Of a stretch of DNA of 38,177 nt, positions 1-8,453 are shown piece after piece; positions within the stretch are counted from its first letter, which is position 1; each line of letters starts with the position of its first letter. The stretch is taken from assembly GCA_963785725.1 (NCBI GenBank), contig CAWAWS010000023.1, forward strand, positions 1 to 38,177. Direction: 5' to 3'. Under the pieces are notes generated by a model, which was given only the letters and a program-made list of their open reading frames with translations, ran no database searches and had not been told where the DNA came from. A program made the translations under genes and the position numbers. The DNA comes from an uncultured delta proteobacterium (GTDB lineage: Bacteria; Myxococcota_A; Polyangia; Palsa-1104).

Positions 1-9
1 GCCCCTAGT

Positions 10-62
10 CGAGAGACGGCGCGGCGCGCGCGTCCGAGTCGCGCGCGCCGCGCGGTCTCTCG
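10..62. terminator. Long GC-rich hairpin (terminator-like or REP-like)
   Basis: 10-17 pairs with 55-62 and 19-32 pairs with 40-53, giving 22 bp with one G/G mismatch and a 7-nt loop. No clear poly-U tail. Confidence 0.5.
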
Positions 63-343
63 CTTCGCCTTATCCTCGGTATTCAATCCATTTCCAATTC
101 GCGCGTAATCAATCGTCAAAATATTGACGCGATCCATTATCGGGCGAATGGGAAACGCTCGTCGCTGAAAATGGCGTAGTCCGACTCGCGCGCGCTCGAT
201 GAGCAGCAAAATCTCATTTCATAAAAATAAAATATAACGATTATCGAATATCAATTCGAGTGCAGTGGCCGTTACGTTTTGATTTTGAAGTGGAGCGGCT
301 GCTCTCATTGCACACGGCTATCTGCAGCGCGTGTAAGTGCAAT

Positions 344-359
344 CCCGATTGCAATCGGG
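344..359. promoter_or_regulatory. Perfect 16-bp palindrome CCCGATTGCAATCGGG, candidate TF site in the AT-rich region upstream of the kinase
   Basis: Self-complementary sequence, next to an ATTGCAC/GTGCAAT inverted pair (307-313, 337-343). Confidence 0.4.
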
Positions 360-600
360 TGACTGACTGAATCGAGTTGCCGTCGCTGAGTCGGCGCTCG
401 CGTGCGCGCGGCACATGCGGTCACCCAAGCGTGCGGTGCACCGAAACCGCGGTCGAAGTGCCGCTTCATCCCACCTGCATCTACGTCCGAAAGCGATTGA
501 ATCGCCGATTACAAACGAGAAAAACCCTATTTATTTCAGGTTGACCGGCTATCTGAAGCGACGATACGGTAACGGACGGAAACGCCATGAACGGTCCTTT

Positions 601-2527
601 ATGTTGATGTCCAATAACGACTATGCGCTCGGCGATGCCATCGGCCGTTATCGGCTCATCGGTGAAATCGCGCGCGGCGGCATGGGTATCGTCTATATCG
701 CCGCCGCCAACGGGCCGGCCGGCTTTTCCAAGCTCGTGGCGCTCAAGGAGCTGCGCCCCGATCTGGTCGAGGACGACGAGTTCTTGACCATGTTCATGGA
801 AGAAGCGCGTATGGCAGCGCGTCTCAATCACCCGAACATCGTGCAGACGAACGACGTCGACGAGCACAACGGCCGCCACTTCATCGCGATGGAGTATCTG
901 GAAGGGCGCTCGCTGTACGCGATCATGAAGCGCTTTGCGCCGCGCGGCGGCTTTCCGCAGCGGATGGCGCTGGGGGCGCTGCGCGACGTCCTGTCGGCGC
1001 TCGACTACGCGCACGAGCTCACCCACCTCGACGGCACGCCGCTCGGCTTCGTGCACCGCGACATCAGCCCGCACAACATCTTCGTCACCTTCGAAGGGCA
1101 CACCAAGGTCATCGACTTCGGCATCGCCAAGGCGCGCGACTCGTCGCTGGAGACGAAGACCGGTGTCTTGAAGGGGCGCGCGAACTACATGGCGCCCGAG
1201 CAGCTCCTGAGCCGCGCCGATCGCCGCAGCGACATCTTCGCCGTCGGCGCCATCTTGTTCGAGATCTTGAGCGGCCGGCGGCTGTGGCAGGGCATGAGCG
1301 AGATCGAGATTCTTGGCGTCGTTGACGCGAGGCGAGATTCCGTCGCTGCACACGGTCAAGCCGGATACGGCGGCCGAGCTCGTGCGCATCTGCGGCAAGT
1401 CGCTGGCGGCGCGGCCCGAAGAGCGCTACGCGACGGCGGGCGAGATGCGCGACGTGCTCGACCATTACTTGTGGTCGACGGGCGGGGCGCCGCGGCCGCG
1501 CGACGTGTCGAGCGAGCTGCTCGGCATCTTCGACGTCGAGCGGCAGCGCACGCGCGGGCTCATCGAGTCGGCGCTGCTGCGGCTGCAGCAGGGCGAGAGC
1601 GGGCGGCTGGAGGCGTTGGCGGCGATCGATCCGCGCGAGAGCGGCACGATGGACTCCTTGCGCGCCGGCGGCACGCCCGGCCGCTCGATCTCCGGCGCCG
1701 GCGTCGGCACGCCGTCGGTGCGCCGCGACGCGCACGTGGCGCGCGGGCAGTCGCAGTTGATGAACTTGGGGGCGCTGGCGCGGCCGCCGTCGCTGGTGAT
1801 TCCGGCCGGCGTGCTGCAGCCGGAGCCGCTCGCGCCGACGCCGCTGCGTGCCTTCTTGGCGCAGCGCGGTGGCTGGCTGGCGGCGGCGGGGCTCTCGCTC
1901 GTGTTCGTCGTGACGACGCTGGCGGTGGCGCTGCATCACGGCAGCGCGCCGACGGCGACGTCGATCGAGCCGCCTTCGGCGGCGGCGGCGAGCGCCGGCG
2001 GTGCGGCGGCGGCGCCGGCCGGCAGCGGCGTCGGCGGCAACGGCGAATTGGCGGTGGCGACGTTGCCGAGCGAGAGCGGCCGCGTCGACACGATCGTGTT
2101 CTCGGTGAGCGTGACGCCCTCGACGGCGCAGGTGCTCATCGACGGTCAGCCCATGCCGTCGAACCCCTTTCTCGGCCGGTTTCAGAAGGGCGACGTCAGC
2201 CATCGCGTGCGCGCGGTGGCGCCCGGCTATTTACCCAAGGAGCGGTTGGTGACGTTCAGTGACAATGTGATGATCGACTTGAGCCTCGTGCCGAAGCCGG
2301 CGGAGCGGCCGCGCGAGGTGCAGACGCGACGTGAGCCGCCGCCGGTTCGCCGCGCCGAGCCGCAAGCGCGGCCAAGCCAGCCGTCGGCTCCGCCGCCGTC
2401 GGCGCCGGCGCCCGTCGTCGCGCAGCCGCGGCAGCAGTCGAACGACATCGCGCCGCGCGGTGAATGGGAGCCGCCCAAGCGGCGCAACATCGACACGAAC
2501 AATCCTTACGGTGGGGAAGAGAAATGA
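601..2527 (+). CDS. Membrane Ser/Thr protein kinase (myxobacterial Pkn type) with C-terminal PEGA-like domain; one +1 frameshift at about 1310
   Basis: ARGGMG, VALK, HRDISPHN, DFG and YMAPE lie in frame 415..2262. The kinase C-lobe, TM helix, PEGA-like segment and IDTNNPY tail continue in frame 1313..2527. Removing one T at 1310/1311 gives EILASLTRGEIP. Confidence 0.9.
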
Positions 2528-3444
2528 TGCGTCTATTGACGACGACGGCGACGGTGGTGCTGCTGCTGCTCGTGACGACGGCGGCGCGCGCCGACAACCA
2601 GAGCCGCGAGGCCGGACGCCACTTTCAGCGCGGCGTCGATCTCTACGCCGACGGCGATTTCCGCGGCGCGCTCGTCGAGTTCAAGAAGGCGTACACCGTG
2701 TGGCCGCGCGCCAACGTGCTCTACGACATCGGGCAGACCGAATATCAGCTGCTCGACTACGCCTCGGCGCTCAAGACGATGGAGCGCTACCTCGCGGAGA
2801 CGGGCCCGAACGCCGCGCATCGCTCGGACGTGGAGGCGACGGTCGAGATCTTGCGCGGTCGCGTCGGCCGCGTGGCGCTCGACATCGAAGGCAATTATCC
2901 CGGCTGCGAAGTGAGCGTCGACGATCAGCCGCAAGGCACGACGCCCATCGACGCGCCCATCTTGGTCTCGGTCGGCTCGCGCAAGGTCGCCGTCAGCTGC
3001 GCCGGTCGCACCGCCAGCCGTCGCGTCGAAGTCGCGGCCGGCGAGGTCGTGCGCGTCGAGCTGGCGCCGCCGCCGCCGCCGATCGCGGCCGTGCAGGCGG
3101 CGATCGACAAGCCGCACGCGCCGTCGCCGCCGACGTCGCACGGCCTGATCGTCGGCTGGACCATCACCGGCATCCTGCTCGGCGGCACCATCGGCCTCGG
3201 CACGGCGACGCTGGTGGAGAATCAGCACCTGAGCTCACTGCGCAATTCTTTCCCAGTGTCGCGCGCGGCGCTCGATCATCAGACGTCGCTCACGAGCGGC
3301 TTGGCCATCGGCGCCGACATCACGGGCGCGGTCACCGTCGTCGCTGCCGGCGTCTCGACGTGGCTGACGGTGAAGTACGCGAAAGAGCGCAGGCTGCACA
3401 TCGGTCTCGCCGGCGCCGGCGCGCGCTTGAGCACCAGCTTCTAG
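2524..3444 (+). CDS. Secreted TPR + PEGA domain protein with C-terminal hydrophobic hairpin
   Basis: Signal peptide ending ARA; TPR motifs HFQRGVDLY..ALVEFKKAY..VLYDIGQ; PEGA motif VSVDD..GTTP; ATGA overlap with the kinase stop codon. Confidence 0.85.
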   Translation: MMRLLTTTATVVLLLLVTTAARADNQSREAGRHFQRGVDLYADGDFRGALVEFKKAYTVWPRANVLYDIGQTEYQLLDYASALKTMERYLAETGPNAAHRSDVEATVEILRGRVGRVALDIEGNYPGCEVSVDDQPQGTTPIDAPILVSVGSRKVAVSCAGRTASRRVEVAAGEVVRVELAPPPPPIAAVQAAIDKPHAPSPPTSHGLIVGWTITGILLGGTIGLGTATLVENQHLSSLRNSFPVSRAALDHQTSLTSGLAIGADITGAVTVVAAGVSTWLTVKYAKERRLHIGLAGAGARLSTSF

Positions 3445-3461
3445 CGTCGTCACCGTTGGGC

Positions 3462-3478
3462 TGCGACAAAATGCCGCA
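3462..3478. promoter_or_regulatory. Pseudo-palindrome TGCGACAAAATGCCGCA (candidate enhancer-binding-protein site), copy 1
   Basis: The 15-bp core GCGACAAAATGCCGC is identical at 10677-10691; both copies are intergenic. Confidence 0.45.
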
Positions 3479-3608
3479 GGTGTAGGAAAAATCGCACGTC
3501 TCGATTGCGAGAAGCGATCCTCGAAGGCCGCTCGGGCGTATCATGCCTGGGCTCGCGCTCACGTTCACCTGCAAGCTGAGTGACGACGAGTGAGCTGGGG
3601 TACCCCGC

Positions 3609-3983
3609 ATGAAGCTACGCGTGCTGATCGTGGAGGACGACCGGCTCAATGCCGAGCTGGCGCGTGACCTGCTCGAGGCGCGCGGTCACGAGGTCGAGCT
3701 GGCGCCGGATGCGCTGACCTTTCGCGCCATGGTCGGCAACGGCGCGCGTCCGCACATCGTGCTCATGGACATTCGGCTGCCCGACGGCGACGGCGTCGAG
3801 CTGCTGCACGAAGCGCGTGGCACGCTCGTCGGCATTCCCATCGTCGCGGTGACGGCGCAGGCGTTGGCCGAGGAGCGCCTCCGGCTGGCGGCGGCGGGAT
3901 TCGCGGCCGTGATGACGAAGCCGATCGACACGCGCGCCTTCGGCCCCGAGATCGAGCGCCTCGCCACCGTCGGGCAGCGTTAG
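3609..3983 (+). CDS. Single-domain response regulator (CheY/DivK-like)
   Basis: LIVEDD, VLMDIRLPDGDG, VAVTA and TKP receiver motifs. Confidence 0.92.
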   Translation: MKLRVLIVEDDRLNAELARDLLEARGHEVELAPDALTFRAMVGNGARPHIVLMDIRLPDGDGVELLHEARGTLVGIPIVAVTAQALAEERLRLAAAGFAAVMTKPIDTRAFGPEIERLATVGQR

Positions 3984-3987
3984 CCGT

Positions 3988-4812
3988 TTATTCGACGGTG
4001 ACCGAGCCCGGCTCGGGCAGCGCCATCGTGCCGCGAATGCCGTGACCGGCGAGGCGCACGCCGATTCGGCGCGGCATCCAGCGCAAGAGGCGCACGAACA
4101 GCCGGTTGACGAAGCCGGGAATCAGCACCGGTCCGCGCCCGAGTCGGCACAACGCCTGCCGCGCCACTTCCGCCGGCCGCATCATCGGTCCCGGGATCTT
4201 GCCCTTGTCGACGCCCTGCAGCGTCGGCGCGTCGGTGTCGGTGGCGCCGGGCGACAGCACCAGCACGTCGACGCCGGCGGCGCGCAGCTCGCCCCATAAC
4301 CCTTCGCCCAAGATCGTGACGAACGCCTTGGTCGCCGCGTAGGCGCTCGACCACGGGTAGCCGCCGAAGCCTTCGATGGAGCCGGTGAGCAGGATGCCGC
4401 CGCGACCGCGCGCCAGCAGCCGCGGCGTAAAGGCGTGCGTCAACATGAGCGGCGCGTGGCAGTTGACCGCCAGCATCGCCGACAGCCGCTCGGCGCCGAG
4501 GCGGTGGTGCTCGCCCTTCAAGCCGAAGCCGGCGTTGCTGACGACAAGGCCGATGTCTTTGCCGGCGCAGGCGGCGATGAGCGGCGTCAGAAAATCGGGG
4601 TTCGCCAAATCGAGGCCGAGCGGCTCGACCTCGACGCCGTAGCGATGGCGCAGCTCGCCCGCCAGCGACTCGAGGCGCGGCAGTCGGCGCGCCGTCACCA
4701 ACAGGTTGAGGCCGCGGCACGCCAACGCGCGGGCGAGCTGCTCGCCGATGCCGGACGAGGCGCCGGTGACGAGCGCCCACGGTCCGTAGCGCTGCACGAA
4801 CGAATCAGCCAT
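3988..4812 (-). CDS. Short-chain dehydrogenase/reductase
   Basis: TGASSGIG, SNAG and YAATK (YxxxK). Confidence 0.93.
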   Translation of the reverse strand: MADSFVQRYGPWALVTGASSGIGEQLARALACRGLNLLVTARRLPRLESLAGELRHRYGVEVEPLGLDLANPDFLTPLIAACAGKDIGLVVSNAGFGLKGEHHRLGAERLSAMLAVNCHAPLMLTHAFTPRLLARGRGGILLTGSIEGFGGYPWSSAYAATKAFVTILGEGLWGELRAAGVDVLVLSPGATDTDAPTLQGVDKGKIPGPMMRPAEVARQALCRLGRGPVLIPGFVNRLFVRLLRWMPRRIGVRLAGHGIRGTMALPEPGSVTVE

Positions 4813-5494
4813 GCGACGTTCTCCTGCTCTGCTGCTTTTTCTTCTTCGTCTGCTGCGGCGATTTCTTGGGAGGCGCCGCCGGCGGCTGGCGATGGCGGCC
4901 GATGCCGTCGAGCAGCGCCGTCAGCCCGAAGCGGAACTCGGCCGCTCCGGCTTGTCGCGGCGAGCGCTCGTGCGTCGGCGCGCGGCCGTTGGCTTCGGTG
5001 AGCGCGTGGCCGACGGTGAAGATGCCGACCTCGACGACCGCCTTGTCGGCGTCACCGGCGGCGAACCCGGCGGCGACGAGCGCGTCGCGCACGCCGGCGA
5101 TCGTGTCCACGGCCTCGGGCGCGTTGACCGGCCGGGTCGCAAACAGCGTGACCACGTGCGGATGGCGCAACATCACGGCGCGCAGCGAGCGCGCCATGCC
5201 GCCGAGCAAGAGCCGCCAATCGGCCTCGGCCTCGCCTCGTTCGCTCGCGGCATCGGCGTCGACCGGCGACAGATCGGCGAGCACCGCGACATGCAGCGCA
5301 TCGAGCAGATCGGCCTTGTCGCGCACGTAGCGATAGAGGCTCATCGCTTCCACGCCCAGGCGCGCGCCGAGCCGCCGCATCGACAGCGCGTCCAAGCCCT
5401 CGTCGTCGACGAGCGCCAGCGCCTCCTGACAGACGCGGGCGCGGCTCAGGCCGGGCGAATCGGCAGCGGGACGTTTGGCGGATGGTCGCGCCAT
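4805..5494 (-). CDS. TetR family regulator with TetR_C-like domain
   Basis: HTH segment LSMRRLGARLGVEAMSLYRYV; EFRFGLTALLDG near the C-terminus; 8-nt overlap with the SDR start. Confidence 0.92.
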   Translation of the reverse strand: MARPSAKRPAADSPGLSRARVCQEALALVDDEGLDALSMRRLGARLGVEAMSLYRYVRDKADLLDALHVAVLADLSPVDADAASERGEAEADWRLLLGGMARSLRAVMLRHPHVVTLFATRPVNAPEAVDTIAGVRDALVAAGFAAGDADKAVVEVGIFTVGHALTEANGRAPTHERSPRQAGAAEFRFGLTALLDGIGRHRQPPAAPPKKSPQQTKKKKQQSRRTSHG

Positions 5495-5509
5495 AGGTAG
5501 GAGGGGTAG

Positions 5510-5551
5510 GTCATACGCGCTTACAGTGTAAACTGTCAACGGGAGTACACT
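5510..5551. promoter_or_regulatory. Divergent promoters with putative TetR operator TTACAGTGTAA (5521-5531)
   Basis: The palindrome sits between minus-strand TTGACA (5539-5534) and TATGAC (5515-5510). Plus-strand TACACT (5546-5551) lies 6 nt before GTG 5558. Confidence 0.7.
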
Positions 5552-5557
5552 GCTTTG

Positions 5558-6352
5558 GTGAGCCGGCTGCCGACGATTTACCTGCCGCACGGGGGTGGTC
5601 CCTGCTTCTTCATGGACTGGGATCCGCCCGACGCCTGGACGCGCATGGCCGACTATCTGCGCGGCCTACCGGCGACGTTGCCGCAAATTCCACGCTCGCT
5701 GCTCGTCGTTTCCGCGCACTGGGAGGGCGAAGCGGCGACGGTGACGACGGCGCCGAAGCCGCCGTTGCTCTACGATTACTACGGGTTTCCGCCGCATACG
5801 TATGAGCTGCGGTGGCCGGCGCCGGGCTCACCGACGCTGGCCGGCCGCGTGCGCGCGCTGCTCGGCGCCGCCGGCATCGACCACGCCGCCGATGACGCGC
5901 GCGGCTTCGATCATGGCGTCTTCATTCCGCTCAAGCTCAGCTGGCCCGACGCGCAGCTGCCGACGGTGCAGCTGTCGTTGCGGCAGGGGCTCGATCCGGC
6001 CGAGCACCTCGCCATCGGCCGCGCGCTCGCGCCGCTGCGCGACGAGGGCGTCCTCATCATCGGCAGCGGCATGAGCTATCACAACATGCGCGGCTTCGGC
6101 CATCCGCGCTCGCTCGCCGACTCGCAGGCGTTCGACGCTTGGCTCGCCGCCACCGTCGCCGCCGCGCCCGCCGATCGCGACGCGCGGCTCGACGATTGGA
6201 CGCGCGCGCCGGCCGCCCGGCAGTGCCATCCGCGCGAGGAGCACCTGGCGCCGCTCTTCGTCGTCGCCGGCGCCGCCGGTGACGATCGTGGCGTGCAGGT
6301 CTTTCGCGATCAGGTCCTCGCCGTCGCCGTCTCTGCCTTTCACTTCGGCTGA
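5558..6352 (+). CDS. Class III extradiol ring-cleavage dioxygenase (LigB/DODA/YgiD-like)
   Basis: HGGGP, SAHWE, YDYYGFP, RGFDHG, GSGMSYHN and HPREEHL. Confidence 0.93.
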   Translation: MSRLPTIYLPHGGGPCFFMDWDPPDAWTRMADYLRGLPATLPQIPRSLLVVSAHWEGEAATVTTAPKPPLLYDYYGFPPHTYELRWPAPGSPTLAGRVRALLGAAGIDHAADDARGFDHGVFIPLKLSWPDAQLPTVQLSLRQGLDPAEHLAIGRALAPLRDEGVLIIGSGMSYHNMRGFGHPRSLADSQAFDAWLAATVAAAPADRDARLDDWTRAPAARQCHPREEHLAPLFVVAGAAGDDRGVQVFRDQVLAVAVSAFHFG

Positions 6353-6474
6353 ACGTCAGCACGCGAACACTTTTCGCGACGAGAGAGCCACACTTCGAAT
6401 GTGCTCTAGCCGATTGCCGCGCATTGACACGCGCCCGGCCCCACGCGACGCTCGCGCCGCCAAGGAGGTCCGCC

Positions 6475-8133
6475 GTGCTTCAGCCTCGTGCGCTCGCTTT
6501 CGTAGCTTTGTCCTCATTATTGTCGTCCGCGGCATTCGCTCAGCCCGTCATCGGCTCGGCCAACAGCGCCAGCGCCGATCCACCGGTCACGCGGCCGGCG
6601 ACGACGCCGTGCACGGTGACGCTGTTCTCGAACGTCGCCTTCGCCGACTACTCGCCCAAGTCGTTCAGCTACACGCCGCCCGCCGCCTGCCAAGGTCCGT
6701 GGGCCAAGGTCGTGTTGAACGCCGACTTCGGCGTCAACGCCGGCCGCCAGTTCGATCGCACGGCGAACATTTGGATCGGCGGCGCCAACGTCTACTTCGG
6801 CACCACCGCCGAGCCGTCGGGCACCGTCGCCCGCAGCTGGCACATCGAGCGCGATGTCACCGACTACGCCGCGCTCTTTACGGCCGCGCAAGCGGGCGAA
6901 GTCGACCTCGGCAACACCGTCGACTCGACCTACACCGGCATCCTCACGGGCACGGCGACGCTGCAGCTCTATCCGCTGGCGAAGCATCAGGCGGCGCCGC
7001 GCACGGCCGATCAAGTGCTGCCGCTGTCGAACAGCGCCACCGGCGGCACGGTCGCGCTCAACGGCCCGACCGATTCCTTGGCGCGCACGTTCACGCTGCC
7101 GACCAACGTCGAGCGCGCCTATCTCGACGTCATCGCGCAGAGCCAAGGCGGCGACGAGTTCTGGTACACCTGCGTGCCCGACGATGTCGCCGCCAGCGTG
7201 CAGAGCTGCGGCAGCACCGGCTTTCGCGAGACCGAAGTGACCGTCGACGGCACGCCCGCCGGCGTCGCGCCCGTCTATCCCTGGATCTACACGGGCGGCA
7301 TCGATCCCTATTTGTGGCAGCCGATTCCCGGCGTGCAGACGTTCAACTTCAAGCCCTATCGCGTCGACCTGACGCCCTTCGCCGCGCTGCTCTCGGACGG
7401 CAAGGCGCACACGATCGCGCTCTCGGTCTTCAACGCCGACAACTACTTCTCGACGACGGCGTCGCTGCTCGTCTATCGCGACGCCGGATCGAAGCGCGTC
7501 ACCGGCGGCCTTGGGCGCAACACGCTCGCCGCCGCGCCCGTGCCCGCCGTCAAGGAGAACCTCGTCACCGCGGCCGACGGCAGCATCAGCGGCAACGTCA
7601 CCGTCTCGAGCACGCGCGACTTCCTCATCGGCGGCTGGGTCAACACCTCGCACGGCCGCGTCGACACGTCGATCGTGCAGCACCTCGCCTTCTCCAACAG
7701 CCAAAACTTCACGATCTCGGACACGACCTACATCCAGGACATCACGCAGAAGACGAGCCTGGTGGCGACGACGACGACCAACGGCGCCGTCAACGTGCAG
7801 GAGCGCAGCTGGCCGCTGGCGCTGAAGATCGCCTACGTCGTCGCCGCCGACGGCTCGGCGGCGCAGACGACGACGGTCAAGCAAACCGACGACGACAGCG
7901 TCGTCGACACGCTCGGCTTTCTGCCCATCGGGTTCGCCACGCGCTCCAACGTCGTGTCGACCACCGACACGCTGCAGTTCGACGGCACGGGCGCGCTCAC
8001 CGGCCTGGCCAACCGCAACGCGTCGCAGGACTACTTCGGCGCCAACGGCGACGGCGCTTGCTACAGCCGCTCGCTCGTCGCCGCGTCGGGCAAGTTCACG
8101 ACGATCACCGACGGCAAGGCCTGCGGCTTCTGA
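6475..8133 (+). CDS. Secreted peptide-N4-asparagine amidase (PNGase A / PNGase H+ family)
   Basis: AAGGAGGT SD before GTG 6475; signal peptide; GRQFDR, GTTAEP, DEFWY, FRE, PWIYTGGIDPYLW and DLTPF motifs. Confidence 0.88.
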   Translation: MLQPRALAFVALSSLLSSAAFAQPVIGSANSASADPPVTRPATTPCTVTLFSNVAFADYSPKSFSYTPPAACQGPWAKVVLNADFGVNAGRQFDRTANIWIGGANVYFGTTAEPSGTVARSWHIERDVTDYAALFTAAQAGEVDLGNTVDSTYTGILTGTATLQLYPLAKHQAAPRTADQVLPLSNSATGGTVALNGPTDSLARTFTLPTNVERAYLDVIAQSQGGDEFWYTCVPDDVAASVQSCGSTGFRETEVTVDGTPAGVAPVYPWIYTGGIDPYLWQPIPGVQTFNFKPYRVDLTPFAALLSDGKAHTIALSVFNADNYFSTTASLLVYRDAGSKRVTGGLGRNTLAAAPVPAVKENLVTAADGSISGNVTVSSTRDFLIGGWVNTSHGRVDTSIVQHLAFSNSQNFTISDTTYIQDITQKTSLVATTTTNGAVNVQERSWPLALKIAYVVAADGSAAQTTTVKQTDDDSVVDTLGFLPIGFATRSNVVSTTDTLQFDGTGALTGLANRNASQDYFGANGDGACYSRSLVAASGKFTTITDGKACGF

Positions 8134-8175
8134 TTCTCGCCTGAACGTTTACGGCGCCGCGCGGTAAGGTCGGGC

Positions 8176-8448
8176 ATGCCCGACATCCGCGAAGGCAGCT
8201 GCCCGCAGTGCCGTCACAACGAGATCATTCAGTCCGCGCCGGTCACGTTCACCGAGGCCGGGCCCAAGCCGTTGCTGGCGTCGGCCGGCGTCGATCCGTC
8301 GCGTCCGCCGGGCGCGCTCAACATCTTCATCTGCCGTCGCTGCGGGTTCGCGCAGTGGTTTGCGTTCGCGCCTGCCGAGATTCCCGTCGGCCCCGAATTC
8401 GGCACGCGCCTCATCCACGGCAGCGTCGACAGCGGCCCGTACCGCTAG
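8176..8448 (+). CDS. Small zinc-ribbon protein ending in GPYR (paralog A)
   Basis: CPQC and CRRCG pairs; clear similarity to 25510..25797. Confidence 0.8.
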   Translation: MPDIREGSCPQCRHNEIIQSAPVTFTEAGPKPLLASAGVDPSRPPGALNIFICRRCGFAQWFAFAPAEIPVGPEFGTRLIHGSVDSGPYR

Positions 8449-8453
8449 CGATA

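Noticed and set aside
415..600. N-terminal extension of the kinase ORF
   Set aside because: The codons are atypical and AT-rich. The kinase domain begins right after Met 601/607, so this stretch is likely untranslated.
1305..1315. Programmed ribosomal frameshifting or phase variation at the three broken genes
   Set aside because: There is no slippery heptamer, homopolymer run or simple-sequence repeat at these sites.
6279..8144. 621-aa and other long Arg/Ala-rich overlapping ORFs (also 27881..29467, 10898..12265, 25533..26798)
   Set aside because: They are off-frame products of GC3 bias, carry no motifs, and overlap well-supported genes.
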